A DNA stretch of 64,000 nucleotides from Monocercomonoides exilis PA203 (lineage: Eukaryota > Protista > Preaxostyla): assembly GCA_001643675.2 (NCBI GenBank), contig LSRY02000002.1, positions 806,001-870,000 on the forward strand, given 5' to 3'. The position numbers and the translations under genes were made by a program. Positions 34,920 through 46,393 of the stretch are shown one piece after another. Within the stretch, counting starts at the first letter, position 1; each line of letters opens with the position of its first letter. The notes below the pieces were generated by a model, which was given only the letters and a program-made list of their open reading frames with translations, had not been told where the DNA came from and did no database searches.

Positions 34920-37380
34920 TTTATTCATCCAGAAAAAAATGATGAAATGAAAAAGGAAGAAGAAGAAAAAGAGGGAGAGGAGGATGAGAAAGATTTAAAG
35001 GAAGAATAAAATAAAAGGAAAAAGGAAAAGAGATAAGGATGATGAAGAACAGAAAGAAACAATCAAAAAACAACAAAAAGAGAAAGGATTTGAAACTTCT
35101 CCTCCTCCTCCTTCTCATTCTCCTCTTTCCTCCAACACATCCATCTCATTTCAGAACATCTCCTTGTTCTGCCCCAATTTCTGGTCTTTGGTGCAGACAC
35201 AGCAACAAAATGTGCTCCTTCTGATTAAAAACATCCTCCAAAACATACATTTGCTTCATCAACAACAGCAGCAGCAACAGTTCCAGCTACAGTTCCATCC
35301 TCATCCTGAAGTTTCCTTCAAACAATACTTCTTCTGTGATAAACCTTCCATCACATCCTTCTGCAATTTCTTCCATGCAAACACTTTCTCCATCAATGTC
35401 ATCAATGTCGCATTCGCAATATGCACAACAAATTGCGAAGCAATCTATTTTCATTCCATTAACGGCTCATTGAAAGACTTTGCTATCAAGCGAAGCAAAC
35501 TCACATATGACAAAATTAAAGTCTTATATTTCTGATTCTCAGCTGCATCAGCAGTGAAATAACAGACAGCAGCAACGACAACTAATTGCAAATACTTACG
35601 CAACACTTCAAAACAATCATTCTCCTTTTGAGATGACTTCACTTCAAAACAACAGTATATCTCCATCACCTGATTCATCTGCTTCTTCCTCTTCGCCTTT
35701 TCTCATCTTCATCTTCCGACAGAACTTTTTCAAATGTTGCTGCATCTTTTTCATCACACGATTAACCCATCTCTTTGCAATCACCTTCAATTTCACCTTC
35801 AGCTGAGTCAGTTAACGTCGATTCGACGCATCTTTGGATGCTGGACACGATTGCCATAGGGCAGAAAGTTGTGCGGAAGCGGCTGTGGGACCTGTGGAAG
35901 TGGGCAATCCAGAATGTGCTGAAAGGCGAGAGGAGGAAGCGAGAGAGCTGGAACTGGCAGCACATCAACCAAAAGCAGAGGTGCGACGGGTTGCAATAGA
36001 TGATGGAGAGGGCGTAGTATCTGCGAGCGATGGATTAAGAGACGCTGGGCGAGGACATGAGAGACAGGGTGAAGGAGTCTTTAGCGGAGGTCTGGGGAAT
36101 CATGATGAACTAGCACATTAGAAGGAACAAGAGGAATTTGGAGAACGAGAGGAAGAATTGGTCGGAGGGAAATGCAAGAGATGACACATTGTTTACAAGA
36201 TTGATTGAAGAATACGAAACAAAGAAGTAAAAAAGGCAAAACAGAAGCAAAAGAAGAAGGAGCAGATGACTCGAAAGACGAATAAGACACAAAAAACGAC
36301 AGACCGTGGAAGAGTGCAGCAGCGCGAGCGAACGAAGGAGTTCGGATGGGAGAGGGAGGAAGGGAGATCCAGATGCGGCAAGAGAAACAGAAGAAGAAGC
36401 AGAGGGAAGCAACAATTGCAGCAAATCAGAAGCATCAGGAGATTGAAGAGCGATATGTGCAGAGAAGATTGGACCTGAAATGAGAAGAGAAAGAAAAAAA
36501 AAGATTGAGAAATTTTTGAAAGGTGAGCGAAAGAAAATGGCAAATCAAGAAAAGTATCAGCGGAAGGAGGAGAAGAAGACACTCCGTGAGAAGCGAAAAC
36601 AGGAAGAGGCTGAACAGAGCCGAATTCAATCTGAACAGAAAGAAGAAGATGCGTAAAAGTTTCAGGATGAGAAGAAGTTTGCAGAGATTCGCAAAAATTT
36701 AAAGAAAGAGGAAGCAAAAGAGAAGACGAGGTGGCTGTGCATGCTGAATGAGAAGTTAATAGCGGCGTTGGTGATAACGACTGCGTTGATGACGACGATA
36801 GCAAAGATAGATGTGGGATACAAGTTTGTGTGCATGCAGAACTTTCGGGTGTTGGGAGATGCGCAGTAGAGAACAGAGGACGATATGCAAAAGGAGAAGG
36901 AGAGAGAAGGAAATAGAAATTGAGAGAAAGGTGGAGAGAAACTGAAAGAGAACTGACACTAAATGAGGAGAAAAATGAAGAAAGCTTAGAAAGTTCAATG
37001 AAGCTTCTTCAAATAGTGAGTATTCTGAAACTCCAGCTTTGCTTCAGTCTCATTTTGATTCTCAGTCAACTTTTCATCGAATTGAAGTTCTTTCTTCAAC
37101 ACACGATGTTCCAATTTTGGATTCCATAACTCACAGCACCAACAAACAGCAAAATCACCAAATAATCAGCCAATGAGATCAATTTCCACATATCCAGCAT
37201 CTGCACCTCATTACTCAACATCAATTACTCCTTCGTATCCTTCTCCTCAATCTCCTGTGTTCATTTCACCATCTTCTCAGGCTTCGCTTTTATCAAATTC
37301 TGCTATTTCAACACAAAACAAGAGCCTTCCTCACTCACTCCATCTTCTTCTTGTTCCTTATGTTAAAGAAATGTTTTTTT
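34920..37380. pseudogene. Decayed coding-like cargo of element 2, origin unknown
   Basis: GC-richer, purine-skewed sequence with stop-interrupted E/K/R-rich frames (e.g. 35775-36200 on +). No family recognised. Confidence 0.35.
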
Positions 37381-37896
37381 AATCAATTTTTGCTTTTGCT
37401 CATCAACTTTCATTTGTATTTGTAATGAGCTTTTTCAATTATATTAAAAGAAACTGGATGCAGTCAATTGACAGTGATATATTAAGATCACTAAAATATT
37501 AACAAATAATGGAACAGGCAGATGAAAACAAATTCAAACAGTATCGCTTCAAAATTAACAATTTCATGTTTTTTCGATTGTACGTCCTTTAACTGAATAT
37601 TTTCTAGGATTAATAAAAAAAATTTATGTTTCAATTATTTTATTTGTTTTTGGTTTGATAGAAACATTTTCGTGTTTTCATTTCATCTTCTGAAGTTAAA
37701 AAAATTAGTTTTGTTTTCAATAATTCCTGTTTTGGCTTTCTTCTTTCATAATTGAAGTTTCATAAAAATTTTTTTATCAAAACGATTTTTATACAATTTT
37801 TCGTTCATTCAAAAATATATTTTTTTCAAATTTTCATGTCAGAACGGTATTCAGATACAAGCTGAATATTTAAGAATAAAAAATACATTTTGAAAT

Positions 37897-37897
<1 letters not shown>

Positions 37898-37934
<37 letters not shown>
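37898..37934. repeat. Poly(A) tract of 37 nt just inside the short end of element 2
   Basis: Seen directly. Confidence 0.95.
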
Positions 37935-37936
<2 letters not shown>

Positions 37937-38248
37937 AAACACTTCTCGACATTGATTTTGTCATTCGACCGACATGCCTCGCTTTATTTTTACTTGTCGC
38001 AAAGGCCTATTTTTGTTATTGAAATTTGCATTTTTTAACATATTTCACTTCAAAAATTTGGTGCCAACAAAAAAATGGGGCAAATAAAAAATCTAACATT
38101 ATTCAAAATTAGTGAAGAAAAAAATTAAAAATTTAATTTGTGTAAGAGAGAAAAATAAGACTTAGTTCCATTAAATATATACTTTCAGTAAGAAATATAA
38201 TATTTAACCATTTATTAATTAATGCAAGCTGTATAGAAATCAAGAAAT

Positions 38249-39703
38249 TTAATAAAAACATGTTCTTGTATTATGAGCAGGCACAGATAAAATTTTCAGA
38301 TGTTGTTTTCCCCACAACCAGAGATAATTGTCAACCGTAACATCATTCACAATAACATCATCAGGTAAGGTTAATGAAGTCGAAGCAATTAATTCTTTAA
38401 TCTTTTGTGTGATGAGGGAAAGCGCAAAAATAGAGCATCCTCTTATTTCCATTTCAACGCGCGATGATTGTGCTATCATAACAGTCGTTGTTGACTGACC
38501 AAGGCTTTCTTGCGATGTTGATGAAATGCAAGATTCTGATGAAGTTGATGGCTGAGGAGATGACGATGAAGAAGAAAGTCCATCTTGTTCTTGTTTATCA
38601 TCTTTTTTCTTTTCTCCACTTCGAAGTAATTCAAGTAGCTGATCGGAATATTGCAAAGCACCAAGATGCGCTAGTACTTGAGGAACACGATAGTCAGCAA
38701 ACATCGTCAATTCGTCAATGTCATTGAAGCTACCTAGCGATTCTCTATTAAAATATACCCACAAATCTGCAGCAATGATTTGTGCTCTCTTGTGGAATGC
38801 AACAGGAACTGAAATTTATATCAATAAAGAATGAAAGAAAGAAAGAAAGAATATAATTTCGTACTTTTAATTTCACTTGTAGAAGAAATTGGCTCTTTCC
38901 AATCTTCATCTAACAATTTTTCTGCTAATTTATGCTTGTAAATTTGTTCTTTTAACAAATTTGAATTTTTCGGCAAAGAATCAAGTGATCCATCATTCCA
39001 AATTCCTCTGTCTCTAAAAGAAGATAAAGCATCAGCAATTCGAACAGAGATCTGAACAGCAGAGTGATTACATTTACGTATGAAATTAGCAAATAAGCCA
39101 TCACATTCTGCTGTAAGCCATTTTCCTGCTTCATGAAGAACTTCAACTCTTTTTTCAACAAGCGGACAAGTTTTTTCTGGATGAGAATTATTATACCGAT
39201 AAAATAGTCTGCAACATTTTATTTAATAAATTAATTTCAAAAAAAGACAAACGAAACATCTTTTTCAGTACATTCAGACATCCATTTTGCAGTTAAAAAT
39301 GGAATATGCTCCATCCGAGCTCTATGCATCGATATAACATGAGCCCAATATCCTTGAATAATCGTTTTAGAACCTTCAGGAAATTCAATACAATATGACG
39401 ATCCATCATCATAATAGAAAGAGAAATTTAAAACGTCAAGGAAGAAGATCCATTGAGCAAGCATTTCTTCACCAATTTCTTCTATTTTTGGAATATACGA
39501 ATCTGTTGGTTCATTGTGTTGTGAAAAATTCCCTTTCTAAGATAATTATATTGTTTTCTGATTTGGTATTAAGATATTAATAAATGTACCTTGATTTCTT
39601 CCAAAAGCCATTCTGCAGATTGATTACATTTCTCTTCTGATATAAAAACATGTCTAGACGTAGAAGCAATCAAAGCACTTGATAATTTCACAGGATTTTC
39701 CAT
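38249..39703 (-). CDS. QNG1: Queuosine salvage protein, Q-nucleotide N-glycosylase (DUF2419/C9orf64), multi-exon
   Basis: MENPVKLSSALIASTSRHVFIS; QWIFFLDVLNFSFY; FHKRAQIIAADLW; LTMFADYRVPQVLAHLGALQYS; EMEIRGCSI; DNYLW; C-terminal HNTRTCFY. Confidence 0.9.
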
Positions 39704-40042
39704 TGTATTTCTTTTAAATAACTGATCCACAAAAATTAAAAGATAACGGGTTAACTAATCAGAAATAAAAACCGCAATAACTCTTCTTTTCATAAAAATT
39801 GAAAATTATTTTAAACAAGTGTAGATATCTTATAATCATATAAACTGAACAAATAATTATAAAAGTTTGTTTACTTGAAATGGTTGAAGAAAAACATTAA
39901 TCTAAATTAATTTAAAATAACAGAATAAATAATTCGCAAATCACCTAAAAATTTTCATGTCCATTGATAATGCACATCGCCGAAATTGAATAAAATATCA
40001 CAGATTTTAATCAAAATTAAAAAAATTGGTAACTCTTTTAAT

Positions 40043-40855
40043 TTAATATGTTCCACGAGATCTGGGCTTGCTGCGAGGCTGATTTCGAATTGGTCTTCTG
40101 GTTCTCATTCGCGAAGATCCTGACGGAGCAGGAACAAGATACATGGGTGGTGTCATGGTTGGTTGTGGTGGAGGTATCATCATCATTGGTTGAGCTGGTG
40201 GCCTTTGGACAAGTTTTGATTTTCTTTGGGCGTGCGCCGGTCTATATGTGCTAATAACTTTTGGAGCAACAGGGGCAGCAAATTGGGCTGGAAATTGGAC
40301 AGGTGCCGTGCTTCGAGTAATCTTCGTCAGTTCTTGCGTCAGTGCGCGTCTTTGGGCCCTTGAAACAGAGGAAGTGGAAGAAGATAATAAATCGATTCAA
40401 AGTGAAGGGGGTAGAAGGGAGGGATGTGGATACTTTGTCAGGACTGATTGGGATCTGCCTCCCTTTCGTGCATGAGGTGCAACAGGTAGAACAAGAACAG
40501 ATGGAGCTGGTTGAACAACAGGTGCCATCATAGGAACACGTACTGGAGCTTTTAAAATTCCAGCCGCCCCAAAATTCCTTTGAGTTTTTGGTTTCCTTGT
40601 TCGTGTTTGTCCACGAAGTTGTTCCAGCCTTGCACTCCGACTAACTTGTGCTCTTCTAAGAGAAAATGAGGATCCTCTATCTCTTTGCTGTTTTCCACGA
40701 TACTAGACAAGATTCCAGAGAAACGATTAACGGTTGTTGAATTCTAATTGTGATAGCCACTAGAGCACATTTCATACCAAACGTTGCTGCTGTCTTTTTT
40801 CATTAATCATTTCGTCAAGCGATTTTTCAACATCTAAAACAGGCTGTTCCGACAT
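40043..40855 (-). CDS. Basic Arg/Pro-rich protein (220 aa) with an N-terminal UAP56-binding-like motif; exons 40855-40778, 40702-40434, 40358-40043
   Basis: Not in the ORF track. Two 75-nt GT-AG introns give one open frame MSEQPVLDVEKSLDEMINEKRQQQRL|YRGKQQRDRG...SKPRSRGTY*. SLDEMI resembles the ALYREF/UIF motif MSLDDII. Confidence 0.7.
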
Positions 40856-41194
40856 TTCAAGAAATATTTAAAAAAAGTTCTCAAAATTGATCTTTTACCC
40901 ATTAACTAGAAATTAAAAACGAAATGGAAAGATTTCAAAAAATATGGCGTTAAAAAATTAATAAATAACAACAAAAATTCAAACAAAAGAAATTGATAAC
41001 TTTTATCAGTTTCATACAAAAGGAATAATTTTTTTATATAAATAACATAACTATCTGAGAATAAATGATTATAACTAAAAGAAAGAGAAAAATGACATGA
41101 AAAAGAGAACTATCATTTGCATTAATATAAAGGAAGTAATAACATAACATTCGAGGAATAAATTTATCAAAAGGAATTCTAATCGAAATGAAGA

Positions 41195-44100
41195 TTACGT
41201 AGGTGATAAAAAGTGCTCTTCCACATCCAGCGTCCTTTGACCGCTGAAAAATGGTTTTTTGAATCTCTTCCATTTGCCCGTTCCGATGACTAAGTGCCGA
41301 ATAACCGTCCACTGGCGCGGCTTCCCGTCTTTGTCCTCCAAACCTCCGCTTCCACTGCTGCTCTTGTCATAGAACGAGCTCGACCGCTTGGGCACATTTG
41401 CAGCAGCCATCTCCAGACTGGCAGCAGAACATGTCAAATCTCCCATGCTGGCTGAAGCAAAACTCCCTGTTGAATGCTGCGAGGCGCCAGGCGACGTCTG
41501 CCCCTTTTCTGTGGCGAGCTGCGCATACGAGCTGACGTGCGGGTAGTGGCTCGAGTGAGGTGAGGTTGTTGCTGCCTGCGCATTGCCGCCTGGGGGTGTC
41601 TTCATCACCAAAGACACAAACGAAGGCTGCCGATTCGCTCTGATGCCCACCGGCCCCACAAGCGGAATGGCTGGAAGCGACGCCACAGGCGACAGGGCAG
41701 GCACATTCCCATCAGAAGACGAGCCGTCCCACGCGTCCAGTCCAGCAGGGACCATCTCTGGTGCGACTGGAGGCGGCGGGGGTGCTTCAATGAGCGCGCT
41801 CTGCATCGCCTCTGACGTGGCTGCCTGCTCTCCAAAGGAGAGCGTGCAGCCGGGCGGTGGAGGGCCGTTGAGCGTGTAGACACCAGCAGGCACGCCTTCT
41901 TCGAACACCAGCGGAATTTCTCCGTTGAACGGGTCGGGCATTTTCACAAGGTGGATGACAAAGCGGACGGGCAGGATGAGAATGGCAAAGAGCAAAGAGA
42001 AGCCCCAGAGCTGTCCGGATATCCAGATGATGGAGAACGCATCTCTGACACCCGGGACAAGCATGATGAGCACCTGCAGACATGCAACGATGATCCAAAT
42101 GGCTACAAACATCAGGTTTGCGAAGATGCGGTCGAAGAAGTTGATCTCATTGTAGCACTTTCTAGACGCTATCCAGTTGAACACCTGCATCCAGATGAAT
42201 GTGTTGAACACGAACGAGAAATGCTCCTCTGAAAATATTGCGACATTTCTGTCCAACAGGAATGGACGACAGATGGACTTAGGAAACATCACGTGAGAGC
42301 ATTCAATCAAGTCATTAGACTGCAACAAGGGACACCTCTCAACCGCCCAGTTCGTGTCAGCGGAGAAATTAGCATCAGAGAATTTCTCGCCCCACAGAAA
42401 CATCGTGACGATCAGCACAATCGCCTCATATGCTGCCCCTCCGATGATGTTGCGCCACATCGACTTGCAGATGATGGAGTCGCTTCGTCCGTACGGTTTC
42501 CTCTTCAGGAGCTGTTTTGTGGGTGTCTCTGTTGCCAGTGCCAGGGCAGCGAGCGTGTCCATAATGAGATTCACCCACAGCATCTGCACGGCTCTCAAAG
42601 GAGTGATGGCGAAGATCGCACCAAACACAGCCACCACAATGGCAGCGATGTTGACTGTCAGCTGGAACTGGATGAACTTCCGGATGCAATCATACACATT
42701 CCGACCCCACATCACCGCTTTCACAATAGACGCAAAGTTATCATCAGTGATAATGATAGACGATGCGTCCTTAGCCACTTCTGTTCCAGTTATGCCCATC
42801 GCAAAGCCAACATCTGACTTCGACAGCGCGGGTGCATCGTTTGTCCCATCTCCAGTCACAGCCACCACATGTCCCAGATCTTGCAGCCCACTCACCAGTG
42901 TGTGCTTGTCAATGGGAGACGAGCGTGCCAGCACCTGCAGCTTCGGAAGAATCTTCTTCCTGTCCTCTTCGCTCAGCGCGCGGAACACGGGGCCTTCCAT
43001 CGCAATCCCGTTCTGCGGATCGTAGATGCCGCATTCCTGGGCAATGTGCATCGCAGTGATGATGTTGTCACCAGTCACCATCCGCACCACTATGTGTGCA
43101 TCGTGGCAGTCCTGGATCGCTTCTTGCACTTCTGGTCGGAGCGGGTCTTTGATGCCTGTAATGCCCAATAGAATCATCTCTCCCTCGGGTGGTGTGCTGC
43201 CAAAGGGACCGGTTGACTCGTCTTCTTCGTCTTCATCATTTTCGGCTTCATTGTTTTTATTGGTTTTATTGTCATTGTTATTGTTGTTATCATTGCCTTC
43301 TTCTTCACTGCAGCCTTCCTCTATCTCAGAAGTCGCTGTGGTTATTCCATCGTATCCTGAAGGAGGGTAAACTCCTGGGTTTTGCGGGTCATTCACAGAA
43401 GGAGTGCGAAGAGAGTCAGCAAGTGTCATTGTATGTGCACCTTTTGAGGGAGTGAGAGAAAGAGAAGAAGTTTGTACAGAGGAAGAAGAAGAAGGAGGCA
43501 GAAGCAATGGATCAGCCAAGGAGTTAAGAGGAGAGGTAGATGTGGGAGGCAGCTGAGAAAGCATCATTGCCTGATTGAAGGATGGATTTTGGGAATAAAT
43601 TTCTGCATTATTATTGTTAAAGCCATTGGCCTGATTACCAGAAAGAGTCGGAGAAAGCGGGTCAGGGCTCAAAGAAAAGTGCTGATCTGCCATGTTTTGT
43701 GGAGCAGCATTCGGAATATTTGAAGTATTTGAAGAAGCAGCCACATGAGTCGAGACATGTGAAGAAACGTCTGTGAGAGCTTCGTTCGTCTCGTCCACCA
43801 CATCCAGCACCTCCTGGAACTCCTGCCTCCACATCTCTGCATTGCCCCTCAGCCTGCTGTTCAGTTTTTTCATCTCTTTTTCTTTTCTCATCGCTTCTAC
43901 CTCAGCCTTCGGCACATCCTTGTACGCTAAAGCAATAGTTCTCAATCCCTGTGATGCCATCCACAGTATCTTCTCATCAATCAGCTTCTTCTGTTCATCG
44001 CCAATCGCAACCACTTTCCCATCCAAGTGCATCTTGTGGCACAGCGCCGACACGATTTCACTGGCCCCTTTTGTATACACTCTGTACTGCTCTCCTTTGT

Positions 44101-46311
44101 CTGCCACGACAGTCATCCGCTTCCGCTCTGACGTGAAGGGAAACATCTGCACCACTTCTTCCCTCTGTCGAATAGCAGAGTAGCTCACCCCTTGGTCCTG
44201 TGCGAATAACAGCAGGGCGCATTCAGTCACGTTGCCCAGGTAGTCCACTCCGCCTGTGTGTGACAGCTTCAGATTGGCCGACGAGTTCAGAGCGATGCAC
44301 TCAGAAAGCGTGTCAAAGAAAGGGGGAGGTAGGCCCAGGGTGTTGTTTGGGCTGTTTCTTGGAGAGGAGGAAGAGGAGGAGGAGGAAGAAGAAGAAGAAT
44401 TGCTTTGGTCGTTAGTGGCATATTCCAGTGAGACAGAGGCAGAAGCAGCCTGACTGACGGAGCTGATGAAGCGGTCTTGGCCATTGCTTTCTCCACCTGC
44501 TGAAGAGGCTCCTGTGTCAATCAGAGCATTCTTCTGGTACATCTCCGCCGGCTCAGCAACAGAATTAGCAGAATTAGCAGCAGCAGAAGAAGCAGCACTC
44601 GAAGTGTTGTTCTTCTTCTCCAAATCAGACAGAGTCGCGCCGTTGAACCAGCCGGTTGTCACTTTCATCTTGTTCTGTGTGAGTGTACCTGTCTTGTCAG
44701 AGCAGATGGTTGTGGCACCGCCCATCGTCTCGCAGGCTGATAACACACGGACGAGGTTGTTGTCGGCAAGCATACGGCCCATTGAGTATGCAAGAGCAAT
44801 TGTCACAGCTAAGGGTAAGCCCTGTCAGTGGTTGGATTGGGATCAAGTGTTAATATTAATTTATTAATATATAATCAATAAAGAAATTTAATTTTTTTTT
44901 TAAAAAAATATTGATGAAAATGAAGACGATTCTTATCGAACTGAAAAATAATCACACCTCTGGCACAGCCATGACGATGATTGAGACGGCGATGGTGAAG
45001 TAGTCGAGAAGGAGGATCCAGTAGGAGCCTGCCTTGAAGTGGTCGGGCTCTTGAATGGCAGGGACAAGCCAGAAGATAAACAGCAGCACAAGCACAAATG
45101 CAGCCGCAACCATTCCAACATACCCGATGTCTGAAAAAAAAAAAAAAAAAAAAAAAAGGATCATGTGTTTTGCGGTTGTACGTGGGAAAATTATTTTCGA
45201 GCAGAAGAGAGGAAGGGCAAGAGAAGAAGTTGAATTTTTAGATTTTGAATAATATGAGAAAGATAAAATTCAAAACAATCATTATTGAAAAACAGTTGAA
45301 AAGAAAACGTATTCAAATTTGTTTCAACAAACATGAAAAAAAAAATAGTTGCAAACGTTTGGCTAATTCATCTAAGTTCTCCTGAAGTGGAGTTTGATCT
45401 CTTTCTTGAGCAGCTGTAATGACCGCCTGTTTCAAAATACCAAACTGCGTTTCCATTCCTACAGCAACCACAAGCATCCACCCAAAGCCAGTCTGCACTT
45501 TGCATCCACATAACAAAAATGGATGTTTTTCAGGAGATTTTCTTATAAGATCTGATTCACCTGTCATTGCTGCTTCATCACAAGATATATTGTTGGATTC
45601 AAGGCAAATCCCATCAACAGGAAGTACATCTCCAGTTTGCACTTGCACAATATCCCCAACTAAAATATCAAAAATAGATATTTGAACGAGCTCCCCTCCT
45701 CTTTTTACAATTATACTCCTGTCCTGTTGCCTTTCATTGAGTTTCTGAAACTGACGTTCCTGAGACCATGTGTTCCAAGCAGATACCACTTTTTTAAAGA
45801 AAAGCAATAATTAGATCAATATCGAGAAATGAAATTGAAACACATACATGTAACGACAAATACAGTTAAAAATATAGCCGCTCCATCAAGCCATGAAAGA
45901 TCAGCACCTTTTTCAACAGCAATAGCTATAATTAATGAAATAGCCGCAAGGACCATCAAAATTATCAATGTAGTATCATTAAAAGCTTCGAGCCAAAGTC
46001 GGAAAAAAGATTTAGGTTGAGGTTTTGCAAGTTCGTTTCGTCCATAGCTGAAAAACAAAATAAATACAACAAAAAATACATAAAATAAAATACATAAATA
46101 TTTGTAATAATGGTGATAAAAGACGACTCGCAAACATGCTCTGTCTGATTTCTGCTTGTAAATCTAATTGATTCAGCCCATTCGGGCTGGAGTTCAGCAT
46201 TTGCATAACACCTCCTATTCCCCCTAACCTCTGCAAATACGAAAGCTCTCTGGTCTCCATCATTTCGCGAATTATTTGTTTATCGAGCCATTGGCCTTGC
46301 TGCGGTTGCAT
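41195..46311 (-). CDS. P-type IIB (PMCA-like) Ca2+-transporting ATPase, with introns in the 5' part
   Basis: DEAAMTGESD, VPE|GLPLAVT, ICSDKTGTLT, KGASE, MVTGDN, VTGDGTNDAPAL and QMLWVNLIMDTLAALALATE. Confidence 0.95.
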
Positions 46312-46393
46312 ATGGTAATTTTAAGGTTTAATTAAGGGTTGATATCTCTTTATTACTTTTGGGATCGAGTGATTTTTTTCGGTTATTTTTTAA

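Larger units (their letters stand above)
28844..38009. mobile_element. Element 2: non-autonomous hAT-like TIR element, 9166 bp including nested element 3; same family as element 1, opposite orientation
   Basis: Perfect 15-bp TIR TAGGCCTTTGCGACA ... TGTCGCAAAGGCCTA. Exact 8-bp TSD TTTTTGTT at 28836-28843 and 38010-38017. The left end (about 310 bp) is homologous to the right end of element 1, and the right end (about 75 bp plus poly(A)) to the left end of element 1. Confidence 0.9.

Noticed and set aside
22892-38009. A single 15-kb element bounded by the two outer TIRs
   Set aside because: The outer flanks (ATTGTGAA versus TTTTTGTT) do not match; each matches the flank of an inner end instead.
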